Below, piece after piece: positions 1-8,954 of a DNA stretch of 64,000 nt. The stretch's first letter is position 1. Each line of letters starts with the position of its first letter. Both the position numbers and the translations under genes were made by a program. The notes under the pieces were generated by a model. The model ran no database searches and was not told the DNA's origin. It saw only the letters and a list, made by a program, of their open reading frames with translations. Source of the stretch: Obrimoposthia wandeli (Eukaryota). The stretch spans positions 3,782,001 through 3,846,000 of the forward strand of contig CDROCS010000253.1 in NCBI GenBank assembly GCA_977020255.1, read 5' to 3'.

Positions 1-1553
1 GTATATTCATCACAAAGACCGTGATAACACTTACTAAGAATTGGGTCTAACTTAACGCGTAAATCTGCCGTTGCTTGGTCAGCCGGAATAGAGCCACCTT
101 TTGCATATAACGCAGGAATACCAACGTTAGCAAAAGCGAAATGATCAGAGCGATAGTAAATGCCTGCCGCTGGTCTTGGATCACCCGAAATTATACGGTT
201 TTGTTTGACAGCCGCTTTCGTTAAAAAGTTATCAAGTTCAGATTGCCCTAAACCATATACCGCAACATCTTTACTCTTACCATTAGCATTTAGTGCATCC
301 ATGTTAATGTTAGCAACGGTTTTAGCTGCAGGGATCACTGGATTTGCTGCATAAAACTTAGAACCAAGTAAGCCCTGCTCCTCTGCCGTTACCGCTAAGA
401 ATGTTACTGAACGATCAGGTCGATTCGGTAATTTTGAAAAAGCTTCTGCTACTTCAATCAAAGCTGCCGTACCTGTCGCATTATCACGGGCACCATTATA
501 AATTTGGTCGCCTGTTTTGGTTAAATCTGTACCTAAGTGATCCCAATGCGCTGAGTATAAAATATGCTCGCCCGCTTGTTTTTGACCAGGTAAAGTTGCA
601 ATAAAGTTATATGAAATTGAATTTTTGATAGTATTTTTAACAGTAATAGAGGCATCTAAATTACCCATATCAATATTAAAACTGCCTTGTGCGGCGCGTT
701 CTTTCATTTTATCAAAATCTAGACCTGCTTTTGCAAATAACTCAGCGGCAACAGTACTGTTAACCCAACCTTCCACTGCAACGCGATCTTTATTTAAATC
801 GTCACGTTGAAAACTAAATTGCGGACCAGTCCAAGAATTTTTAACTACCGACCAGCCATATGAAGCCGGTGCAGTTTCATGAATGATAATTGCCCCTTCA
901 GCACCTTGACGGCTCGCTTCTTCATATTTGTAAGTCCAACGACCATAATAGGTCATGGCATTACCATTAAAAACATCAGGGTCTTGTGTAGCGAAACCAG
1001 GGTCATTAACTAAAATAACAACCGTTTTACCCTTAACATCAAGATCTTTATAATCGTTCCAGTTGTATTCTGGCGCATTAACACCGTAACCCACAAAAAC
1101 AAGCTCAGAATTTTTAAGCTGTTCTAATTCACTGATTCGAGCACTACCCATGACCATATCAGTGCCGTGCTGGTAATTTTTACCACCAATGGACAATGTC
1201 ATATCGCTTGACGCTTCAATGGATACTAACGGTACTTCTTGTAAAAAGCTGTCACCATTACCTGGCTTAAAGCCAATAGCAGTAAACTGCTCAGTTAAAT
1301 ATTCAAGAGTTAGTCTTTCACCTTCGCTTGATGGCGCACGACCACCAAATTTATCAGAAGATAATACTTTTACATGGTCAATTAATTGCGCAGTATTAAT
1401 GCTGTCATAGCTAGCACTAATATCTTGGGCGCTATTCCCTTGTAAAGAGTTAACTTGCGAAGCACTAACTTGTGAAGAGTCATCAGATTTTGTGGCAACA
1501 CAACCTACCAATACTGCTGCCGATAAAATCGATAATCCAATTTTTTTTATCAT
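1..1553 (-). CDS. M28 family metallopeptidase lipoprotein (3' end runs off the window)
   Basis: Manual translation from ATG at 1553: MIKKIGLSILSAAVLVGC (lipobox), then AHWDHLG, NGARDNATG, TAEEQGLLGS, NMDALN and YRSDHF zinc-ligand motifs. Absent from the ORF track because it has no stop in the window. Confidence 0.9.
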   Translation of the reverse strand, partial: MIKKIGLSILSAAVLVGCVATKSDDSSQVSASQVNSLQGNSAQDISASYDSINTAQLIDHVKVLSSDKFGGRAPSSEGERLTLEYLTEQFTAIGFKPGNGDSFLQEVPLVSIEASSDMTLSIGGKNYQHGTDMVMGSARISELEQLKNSELVFVGYGVNAPEYNWNDYKDLDVKGKTVVILVNDPGFATQDPDVFNGNAMTYYGRWTYKYEEASRQGAEGAIIIHETAPASYGWSVVKNSWTGPQFSFQRDDLNKDRVAVEGWVNSTVAAELFAKAGLDFDKMKERAAQGSFNIDMGNLDASITVKNTIKNSISYNFIATLPGQKQAGEHILYSAHWDHLGTDLTKTGDQIYNGARDNATGTAALIEVAEAFSKLPNRPDRSVTFLAVTAEEQGLLGSKFYAANPVIPAAKTVANINMDALNANGKSKDVAVYGLGQSELDNFLTKAAVKQNRIISGDPRPAAGIYYRSDHFAFANVGIPALYAKGGSIPADQATADLRVKLDPILSKCYHGLCDEY

Positions 1554-1593
1554 AATTATTATACTTATTCTGTGAAAAAAGATGGTCGGAGTA

Positions 1594-1905
1594 TATACCC
1601 ATTATCATTCAAAGTGCAGGATTTCAGTGGGAATTAAAATGACTTTAAGCAAGGAAAATAATTTAAGCATAGTCATTCTATGGTTTGATTATTTAACGCA
1701 GTATAAAGTGATTTTAAACCCATCAAAGAAGCGCTTGAGCAACATCACTTCATCGTTGCTGTGATTTATAATGACGCTACATGGATGTAGCCTATTAGAG
1801 AATGCAGGTGCATATTCTCCTGAATAACCCTTATTGCATCACAGCGCCTTAAATTGAAATTGCTCAAGTACTCTGAAACATGCATCTTGATTGGTAACGG
1901 GTATA
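1594..1905. repeat. ERIC-like/MITE-like intergenic element (312 bp)
   Basis: Imperfect terminal inverted repeats TATACCCATTATCATTCAAAGTGCAGG and CATGCATCTTGATTGGTAACGGGTATA, with internal hairpins. Same architecture as 19859-20172. Confidence 0.8.
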
Positions 1906-2095
1906 AAGGGTCTCAAAACAACTAACCAGTATCGAGATGTAAATCTCCGCAAGACAACAAACACAAACTGTCATGGTCAGTTTCCACAAGAGTAAATAAT
2001 CCCCTCACATGCTAATAGATTTTAAATGCTCGCTAGTTTACAGTAACCAAATCGTTCATAGTCATACCAATCAAACATTTACCGATAAGAATATA

Positions 2096-2416
2096 ATGAA
2101 AGAATCCTTAAAAGAACTCTCTGAAATAGTCGCCAAAGCCAATGATATATTTTATGACCGTAATAAAAATGTTGATACCCTCATGGGCATCATGGATAAA
2201 ACATTACGTAAGCAAGGCATGAACGCAGATGCAATAACAATAGATTGTATCGCTATCAATAAGAAAATTGTCTTGGTACTTCATGATAGTAAGCCTGATC
2301 GAGTCGACATTGCCCTTGGTGATAAAGCAGGCGTGGTTCACTCGTCAACTGAGCATGAATTAAAAAACGTTAGCATTGCCCAAATACTCGACATGATGGA
2401 AGAGAACTTTCATTAG
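2096..2416 (+). CDS. hypothetical protein (106 aa)
   Basis: ORF track 2009..2416; ATG at 2096 (MKESLKEL...) is the more plausible start. No recognisable motif. Confidence 0.7.
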   Translation: MKESLKELSEIVAKANDIFYDRNKNVDTLMGIMDKTLRKQGMNADAITIDCIAINKKIVLVLHDSKPDRVDIALGDKAGVVHSSTEHELKNVSIAQILDMMEENFH

Positions 2417-2427
2417 AGTTTCGCTGT

Positions 2428-3026
2428 ATGAAAAATAAATTATTGAATGGGCAACACTTATCTCTCGATGATCAAGTTGATTTATTATCTGAGTTCGTAA
2501 TGACACTTGATAGAATGCCAAAAATATTAAGAGAAATCAGTAATCTTCCTAACGCATGGGTTGGTGCAGGAATCATATTTCAAAATGTATGGAACGTAAT
2601 CCATGAATATGAACTTGATACATATATAAAAGATATTGATGTTTTATATTGGGACGAGAATGATTTAAGTTGGGCATCGGAGAATAACTATATTTGCTCA
2701 TTAACTGAATCTTTCTCTGATAGTAGTATCCCAATCGATATAAAAAATATTGCTCGGGTACATTTATGGTATGAGGAGCGCTTTGGTATACCAAAGACTC
2801 AATATCGTAGCATTCAAGAATCAATATCTACATGGCCTGTTATTGGTGCATGTAGGCAATGCGGATGAAAAAAGGGAAATTAGAGTTTATAGCACCATAC
2901 GGCTTCCAAGATATGTTTTCCCTTAGTGTCAGGCCAAATAAAGTATTGGTAAATAAAACTATTTATAAAGCCAAAGCGTTCAAATGGAAAGAACAGTGGC
3001 CGAAACTATCAGTAGAAAACTGGTGA
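2428..3026 (+). pseudogene. nucleotidyltransferase-family (DUF925-like) protein, frameshifted near 2853-2856
   Basis: N-part has WVGAG...VWN and IKDIDVLYWD, and IDIKNIARVHLWY, then stops at 2868. The -1 frame continues AMRMKKGKLEFIAPYGFQDMF...KWKEQWPKLSVENW* to 3026, which fits the expected C-terminus of the family. Confidence 0.75.
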
Positions 3027-3030
3027 TCGT

Positions 3031-3130
3031 TCATAACAAACTGTTAAACAAAGACAAAATACTGTTGGCTTTTGCTTCTCCGTCGCTTATTCTACGCACC
3101 TGAATTTAGCTCATGATTTGGGCGTTAAAC
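3031..3130 (+). other. attC-like recombination site (degenerate)
   Basis: Starts TCATAAC (inverse-core-like) 5 bp after a stop codon and ends GGC-GTTAAAC, a match to GTTRRRY. About 100 bp long; the right arm is shared with three other sites. Confidence 0.6.
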
Positions 3131-3167
3131 TTTTTAAAAATAAACATAACAGTTAAGGATTGTATAT

Positions 3168-4025
3168 ATGTCAGCATTGATTCTAGATGGAAAAAGCGTT
3201 GCTAAAAAGTCTGAAGAAGATTTGCGTTCAAGAGTTGCACGCCTTAAGGAGTTGAGTGACGGCGCCATTCCTATCTTAGCTACAATTTTAGTAGGAAATG
3301 ATCCTTCATCAGCAACCTATGTAAAAATGAAGGCCAATGCTTGTACCCGAGTTGGTATGGATTCATTAAAGGTTGAAATGTCAGAAGACACAACAACAGC
3401 AGAGTTACTGGCTGAAATTGAAAAACTTAATGCCAACCCAAATATTCATGGCATTTTATTACAGCACCCTGTTCCATCACAAATTAATGAAAGACAATGC
3501 TTTGATTCGATAGACTTGTCTAAAGATGTTGATGGGGTAACTTGTTTGGGTTTTGGTCGAATGGCAATGAATGAAAAAGCCTATGGAAGCGCAACGCCAA
3601 AAGGAATTATTCGACTTTTAGAAGCATATAATATTCCGCTAGAAGGTAAACATGCCGTTGTTGTTGGCAGAAGTCCAATCCTTGGTAAACCCATGGCAAT
3701 GATGCTGCTTAATAAAGACTGCACTGTGACTATTTGTCATTCCAAAACAAATGATCTTGATCAAATTATAAAAACTGCAGATATTATTGTCGGCGCTGTA
3801 GGTAAACCAGAATTCATAAAAGCTGATTGGATTAAGGATGGTGCTGTAGTGATAGATGCTGGATATCATGAAGGTGGTGTCGGAGATATTGAATTACAAC
3901 CCCTTGTCAATCGTGTTGAAGCGTATACCCCTGTACCTGGTGGTGTCGGGCCAATGACAATAAACACCTTGATCTATCAAACTGTTGAAGCATGTGAATT
4001 TAAATTAAAAAATAATGAAGACTAA
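3168..4025 (+). CDS. folD: bifunctional methylenetetrahydrofolate dehydrogenase/cyclohydrolase (atypical clade)
   Basis: [57 protein letters not shown] motifs. Confidence 0.95.
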   Translation: MSALILDGKSVAKKSEEDLRSRVARLKELSDGAIPILATILVGNDPSSATYVKMKANACTRVGMDSLKVEMSEDTTTAELLAEIEKLNANPNIHGILLQHPVPSQINERQCFDSIDLSKDVDGVTCLGFGRMAMNEKAYGSATPKGIIRLLEAYNIPLEGKHAVVVGRSPILGKPMAMMLLNKDCTVTICHSKTNDLDQIIKTADIIVGAVGKPEFIKADWIKDGAVVIDAGYHEGGVGDIELQPLVNRVEAYTPVPGGVGPMTINTLIYQTVEACEFKLKNNED

Positions 4026-4030
4026 TTAAA

Positions 4031-4066
4031 GACTAACAAATTTTTCCTCTAAATGAGGTGTTATGT
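4031..4066 (+). other. internally deleted attC-like remnant
   Basis: GACTAACAAA joined directly to a right arm TTTTCCTCTAAATGAGGTGTTATGT, which resembles the right arm at 8044-8068. Confidence 0.45.
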
Positions 4067-4232
4067 CAGTTTGCTTAAGTTTGTGTTTTTGTTGTACGAA
4101 GTAAAAATAAAGCAAGGTAAGACACTAAATTAAGTGTCTTACCTTGTGATTGAGAGCAACACAGCCTTGGTCTATTTTAGCCAGTACAAGTAGACAATAA
4201 TTGAATTGGTATTAACTTTATAGAGGTAAATA

Positions 4233-4643
4233 ATGCTTTCCAAAGAAAAACTGAGCGAGTTCCTAAAAACTGAATTCCCTCAAACTAAATGTTCTATTGA
4301 CGAAGTAGGAAATCAGAGAGCGACCGTTAGACATCAGGTTGGACAAGATGAATTACGTCCCGGTGGTACCGTCTCAGGTCCAGTAATGATGACTACTGCT
4401 GATGTTGCTTTGTACGTGGCAATTCTTGGTGAGATTGGGCTTGTGCCGCTCGTCGTAACAACCAACTTAACCATTAACTTTCTTCGTAAACCTTCATCTG
4501 AGAAGGATATTATCGGCAAGTGTTCATTGTTAAAAATAGGAAAAACACTGATAGTTGGAAAAGTTGAGTTGTATTCTGATGGCGAAGTAGAACCAGTAGC
4601 CCATGTTATTGGTACTTACTCAGTACCATCAAAAAAAACCTAA
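4233..4643 (+). CDS. PaaI/hotdog-fold thioesterase
   Basis: LRPGGTVSGPVMM..AD, VTTNLTINFLRKP, KIGKTL motifs. Confidence 0.9.
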   Translation: MLSKEKLSEFLKTEFPQTKCSIDEVGNQRATVRHQVGQDELRPGGTVSGPVMMTTADVALYVAILGEIGLVPLVVTTNLTINFLRKPSSEKDIIGKCSLLKIGKTLIVGKVELYSDGEVEPVAHVIGTYSVPSKKT

Positions 4644-4890
4644 CAAACTAAGTCATTTAAAATGATACATAACAATTAGATGTTCTTACCTCGCTATTTT
4701 ATTCGACTCAATTTTACCCATTAGCTAGGGAACTAAATATTCATCGTATTACATAAGCATACGGTGAGTTTAGGTTAACACTTTTAAATCAGTTAATGGG
4801 TAGCTTATTAATTTAACGGCTTGTTGTCTCACTTTGTTCAATAAAATAGCTGCTATTTAATGAACAGGTTTTCTAGTAAGAAACTATTAC

Positions 4891-4915
4891 TTAGCCCATT
4901 ATTTGGGCATTATAT
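4891..4915 (+). other. attC-like right-arm remnant
   Basis: TTAGCCCATTATTTGGGCATTATAT closely matches 3106-3130 (TTAGCTCATGATTTGGGCGTTAAAC) and lies 18 bp before the next ATG. Confidence 0.45.
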
Positions 4916-4933
4916 GAATTAGGAATTTGAGTT

Positions 4934-5209
4934 ATGGAATCCATTTTAGCTTTTTTAATTGTGTTTTATTTAGTTGCTTTTGCTTATGACAAAACAATTG
5001 ATAATGAGATTAAAAGCAACCAACAATTAGCAGATAAGTTAACCGAATTTAAATATTTCCATTCATTTCAATCACGACCTAAAGCGCTTTCTTCCGTGTT
5101 AAGCTTCCAGTTTTTTGGTGTCTCAACTGCTTTAAATATTGTTGGTAGTGTTTTTTCTTTAATGATGTATTTCGGCTTAGGATTTGGTCTATATTTACTC
5201 GCTCAATAG
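4934..5209 (+). CDS. small hypothetical membrane protein
   Basis: 91 aa with hydrophobic N- and C-terminal segments; AGGA RBS at about 4920. Confidence 0.6.
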   Translation: MESILAFLIVFYLVAFAYDKTIDNEIKSNQQLADKLTEFKYFHSFQSRPKALSSVLSFQFFGVSTALNIVGSVFSLMMYFGLGFGLYLLAQ

Positions 5210-5260
5210 CTCTCAACAGCCATGTACCGTAATTATTATGTAAGCTTTTAAAATGGATAA

Positions 5261-5866
5261 TTGATGAACTTTGATATATCAAAATTAGGTGTTCAGGAAA
5301 AGTATCGCCTGTTAAATGGCGGTGTAACCCCACGACCCATTGCTTGGATTAGCACCCGTTCGAAAGATGGTATTGATAACCTTGCACCCTACTCATTCTT
5401 TACTGTTGCAAGCTGTAATCCACCAGTACTGCTCTATACACAAGTGACTCAACGAAGTGGCATTGATAAAGATACCTTACAAAATTTAAGAGAAACAGGT
5501 GAATGTGTGATTAATATTGTTAACACTCATTTATTAGAACAAATGAATGCAACCAGCGCTAGTATTGCCATTGATGCAAGTGAGTTTGAGCTAGCAGAAG
5601 TGAAGCAAAGCACTAGCTATAAAGTAAATCCTTTTTCGGTTACTGACTCACCCATTCGTTACGAATGTACCTTAAGAGAAATTATTTCTATTGGTGATTT
5701 ACCCGCAGGAGGTACGATTGTACTTTTAGATGTGAAATCTGTTTATGTAAGAGATGATCTTTACAGTGATGAAGGTATTAACCAAGCGTTAATTGATTCG
5801 GTTGGTAAAATGGGTGGTGATGGTTATAGCCCTACTTCAAACTATGTTGCTCTTAATCGACCTTAA
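5261..5866 (+). CDS. flavin reductase family protein
   Basis: VTPRPIAWIST, NLAPYSFF, KDTLQNLRETGECVIN, VGKMGG motifs. Confidence 0.9.
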   Translation: MMNFDISKLGVQEKYRLLNGGVTPRPIAWISTRSKDGIDNLAPYSFFTVASCNPPVLLYTQVTQRSGIDKDTLQNLRETGECVINIVNTHLLEQMNATSASIAIDASEFELAEVKQSTSYKVNPFSVTDSPIRYECTLREIISIGDLPAGGTIVLLDVKSVYVRDDLYSDEGINQALIDSVGKMGGDGYSPTSNYVALNRP

Positions 5867-5871
5867 CAAGC

Positions 5872-5900
5872 AAATATCACTCCTTATCTGAGTGATATTT
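5872..5900 (+). terminator. hairpin after flavin reductase gene
   Basis: 11-bp stem AAATATCACTC/GAGTGATATTT, flanked by CCTTAAC (containing the stop codon) and GTTA. Confidence 0.6.
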
Positions 5901-6068
5901 TAGTTATTAAGAATCAGCTGTTTTTGTTAGCCGTCTTCCTATAGAATCCGCCCTATAATTTTTACTTATTAAGATTCTCCAAAACAGAGAAGTCCCAAAT
6001 GGAGAAATCCAAAAGTAAAGTTTAATTAACAACACCTTCTTATCCCTTTCTAAAATGATGCAAAATAA

Positions 6069-6938
6069 ATGAATGATATAACGATAGCGACCCACAACGG
6101 TAATTTTCATGCAGATGATGTTTTCAGTATCGCTGCACTTAAGAATATATTTTCTTCTTTTACACTCGTACGCACCCGTGATTTAGAGATTATCGGCAAG
6201 GCAGATATTGTGATTGATGTAGGTGGTGAATATGATCCCGATACTGGCCGTTTTGATCATCATCAACGTGGTGGTGCCGGTGAGCGCGAAAATGGTATTC
6301 CTTATTCTTCATTTGGTTTAATTTGGCAGAAATATGGCCTTAAAATATGCCAAGGTAACCAAGAAGTAGCCAATAGTGTTGATGCCGGTTTAGTATCAAC
6401 AATTGATGCTATTGACTGTGGTCATGTTGAAGGTGTTGCCCAAGGTATCAGCCTTAGCCAAACTATTTCAATGTTTAACCCAACGTGGCAAGAAGATAGC
6501 CACTTTGATACTTGTTTTGATGAAGCCGTTGATTTTGCATCACGCGTATTAACACGATTCATAGCTTCTGCTAGCGGCGGCATTAATGCTAAAGACATTG
6601 TCGCTAAAGCGATTGATAATGCAGAAGACTCAAGAGTCATAGTGTTAGAAAAGTATACTCCGTGGAAAAGAACAGTTCATGCCTTATCTGAAGAGGCGTT
6701 ATATATGGTTTACCCATCACCTTCTGGCCAATGGCGAATTCAAACCGTACCTGTTGAACCTGGTTCATTCGAAGATAGGAAACCACTACCTAAACAATGG
6801 GCTGGTTTATCTGATGATGCGCTTAAAGAAGTTACTGGTATTGATGATGCAATGTTTTGCCATAATGGTTTATTTATTGCGGGTGCAGCATCATTTGAAA
6901 GCACTATGAAAATGGCATCTATCGCACTTCAAGAATAA
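6069..6938 (+). CDS. MYG1 family protein (DHH-type metal-dependent hydrolase/exonuclease)
   Basis: THNGNFHADDVF, DVGGEYD, FDHHQR, YSSFGLIW, MFCHNGLFIAG motifs. Confidence 0.9.
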   Translation: MNDITIATHNGNFHADDVFSIAALKNIFSSFTLVRTRDLEIIGKADIVIDVGGEYDPDTGRFDHHQRGGAGERENGIPYSSFGLIWQKYGLKICQGNQEVANSVDAGLVSTIDAIDCGHVEGVAQGISLSQTISMFNPTWQEDSHFDTCFDEAVDFASRVLTRFIASASGGINAKDIVAKAIDNAEDSRVIVLEKYTPWKRTVHALSEEALYMVYPSPSGQWRIQTVPVEPGSFEDRKPLPKQWAGLSDDALKEVTGIDDAMFCHNGLFIAGAASFESTMKMASIALQE

Positions 6939-7108
6939 TGACAGTGCTATGTACTCGCTCAACTTAAAATACTCGTTTCATAAAATTTGAGCGAATTATA
7001 ATCAAAGCAGATTTTTTGTTAAGAGTTATAGTTCTACTTCATACGATGTAGAGCTATAACCGATCTTAAAGAAAATTAATCAAGCTGAGCAGTTTCAAGG
7101 TTTAACTG

Positions 7109-7603
7109 TTACAAATCTTTCCATTCTTTCAATTTTACTGGTGCTACAGCTTCCACTTCCGTTGCTGCCACTTCTTCTATTTCAGCTACTCCGTCTAATT
7201 CTTCTAATAAGGCTTCTATTTCAGCTTTTAAGTCTTTATCAGCAATTTTATTACTGTTGATTTTAGCATTTTTTAGATGTTCAATGGCGCTTGATTTATC
7301 ACCTAATTCTACTTGCAATGACGCAATTGCAAAAGCGATTGATGAGAGAAAATCTTTTGAATTAATGGCTTCAGCTTTAGATAATGCTTTCTCGTAGATA
7401 GTAATTGCTAATTCAAGATCGTCAGTAAAGTCAGCAAGCGTTTCCCACTGTACTGGATGGTCTTTATCACTATCGTCATTATCGTCACATACTTTCTTTA
7501 ACTCAGCGTAACATTCATCAAAGCGAATTTGATTTTTTCTATGCACCGCTTGCATTAAGTCTTTAGCTAAAGAGTGCACGTGCTTGTATATTTTTGTATT
7601 CAT
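7109..7603 (-). CDS. tetratricopeptide-repeat-like helical protein
   Basis: A/L-periodic helices (AITIYEKAL, AIEHLKNA) and an acidic tail. Confidence 0.65.
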   Translation of the reverse strand: MNTKIYKHVHSLAKDLMQAVHRKNQIRFDECYAELKKVCDDNDDSDKDHPVQWETLADFTDDLELAITIYEKALSKAEAINSKDFLSSIAFAIASLQVELGDKSSAIEHLKNAKINSNKIADKDLKAEIEALLEELDGVAEIEEVAATEVEAVAPVKLKEWKDL

Positions 7604-7754
7604 GGTTTACCTTACTTTATATTTTTCATAAAAATCTTACGGGGATTATAACGTAAAACTAAACAGGCTGTTTGATCAAAATATTGAATCACAGTGAAAA
7701 CTTGGTTAGTGTCGTTGAAACAAACAAACTAAAACCTTCAGATAGAGGCATTGT

Positions 7755-7967
7755 ATGAGCAATATAATTATAGAATCAATTATTACTTGTCCTGAATGCG
7801 GCTGTAATAAAAAAGAAGTTATGCCTACCGATGCATGTCAGTATTTTTATAAATGCAGCTCATGTCACGCTGTCATTAAACCACTCGCTGGTGATTGTTG
7901 TGTTTATTGCTCATTTGGCACCGTTAAATGCCCTTCCATTCAAGAAAAAAAGGCGTGTGGTAATTAA
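7755..7967 (+). CDS. GDCCVxC-domain small cysteine-rich protein
   Basis: ITCPECG...MPTDACQYFYKCSSC...KPLAGDCCVYCSFGTVKCP. Confidence 0.85.
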   Translation: MSNIIIESIITCPECGCNKKEVMPTDACQYFYKCSSCHAVIKPLAGDCCVYCSFGTVKCPSIQEKKACGN

Positions 7968-7970
7968 TTG

Positions 7971-8068
7971 GTATAAAATGCCACTAAACAGAAACAAAAC
8001 AGATGGCTAGGTTCTTTTCATATGTACTTTAGCCGCCATTATTTTAGCCTCTTAATGAGGTTTTATAT
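7971..8068 (+). other. attC-like site (both cores mutated)
   Basis: Left arm ...AAACAGAAACAAAACAGATGGCT resembles 3045-3070; right arm TTAGCCTCTTAATGAGGTTTTATAT. Lies directly between two + strand ORFs. Confidence 0.5.
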
Positions 8069-8086
8069 TTCTTCTGGATACCTATT

Positions 8087-8371
8087 ATGAATTTAGATAA
8101 ATCAACAAAACGTATAGCAAAGAGAGTCAAAAAAGGATTTCAGGGTTACCCTCAAATTTCACTGGCTTATTTTGGTGAATCAGTTAACTGCGCAACCCAA
8201 GTAGTTGTCGCTTTTATCCAAGAAGAAGGCGCAGCGCCCCAAGAACAAACATTCTCCAGTAAAGACGATGCGAGAAAAGACGAAACGATTCAAACGACCT
8301 TATTAAAAATTATCGAGCGAGCAGATGCAAAAACAGTGTTAGAAATTGCCGGCATTGAAATTATTAAATAA
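8087..8371 (+). CDS. hypothetical protein (94 aa)
   Basis: Clean ORF with a basic N-terminus (KRIAKRVKKGFQGYP); function not recognised. Confidence 0.7.
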   Translation: MNLDKSTKRIAKRVKKGFQGYPQISLAYFGESVNCATQVVVAFIQEEGAAPQEQTFSSKDDARKDETIQTTLLKIIERADAKTVLEIAGIEIIK

Positions 8372-8381
8372 AAGTCGCGGA

Positions 8382-8470
8382 ATATAACATAACTGGACAA
8401 TGCGGGCTTTAACTGTTGGTAAACTCCGTCTATTCGCTTTTAACCAGCAATTATTTATTCCCTTATTTTA
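8382..8470 (+). other. attC-like remnant
   Basis: ATATAAC start, CTGTTGG and AACCAGCA paired arms, and a TTATTCCCTTATTT right-arm fragment. Confidence 0.35.
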
Positions 8471-8485
8471 AGCACGGAGAGTTAG

Positions 8486-8818
8486 GTGAAGAATTTACTT
8501 AAAAGTATTCAGTATGACATGTTAGATTTTATTGAAGGTGAGGATGAAGCTGATTATACCTCAGAGGACGTCAAGCTTTGTATCACACATCTGCTAGAAT
8601 TTATGTCGTCTATGGCGTCTGAAGCACAAACAACAGATAGCGCTATAGACCATGTGAAAGCATTAGTTTTGTCTCTAAACGCGTTAAATGATGAGTGTAA
8701 TGACAGTTTAATAGAAACAGATCAACGCGAAGATATTTGTGAGTTCATTCAAAAAGTAATCTCTGCTGCAAACATAACGTTTGTCGGGGATATCACAGAA
8801 GAATGGAGAGAGTGGTAA
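8486..8818 (+). CDS. acidic hypothetical protein (110 aa)
   Basis: GGAG RBS and GTG start; helical and acidic, ends DITEEWREW. Confidence 0.7.
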   Translation: MKNLLKSIQYDMLDFIEGEDEADYTSEDVKLCITHLLEFMSSMASEAQTTDSAIDHVKALVLSLNALNDECNDSLIETDQREDICEFIQKVISAANITFVGDITEEWREW

Positions 8819-8954
8819 AAGATTAACAAGACTAAAGCGGAAATGCTAACCATTAGCAAAATTCCGCATTACCTTTTTATAGGTATTTTAACTACTGAGC
8901 TTATCTTGATGATGTAGAGCCTGAGCGATTCCAGAGGTATGTGGCATTTATAAC

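Noticed and set aside
1582-1764. 60-aa ORF in the track (and 19980-20177)
   Set aside because: Both lie almost entirely inside ERIC-like repeats; probably chance open frames.
3027-3167. ZTP or THF riboswitch ahead of folD
   Set aside because: I could not find the conserved riboswitch elements; the segment is better explained as an attC-like site.
7755-7967. Selenocysteine recoding in the GDCCVxC protein
   Set aside because: No in-frame TGA; the ORF ends at TAA.
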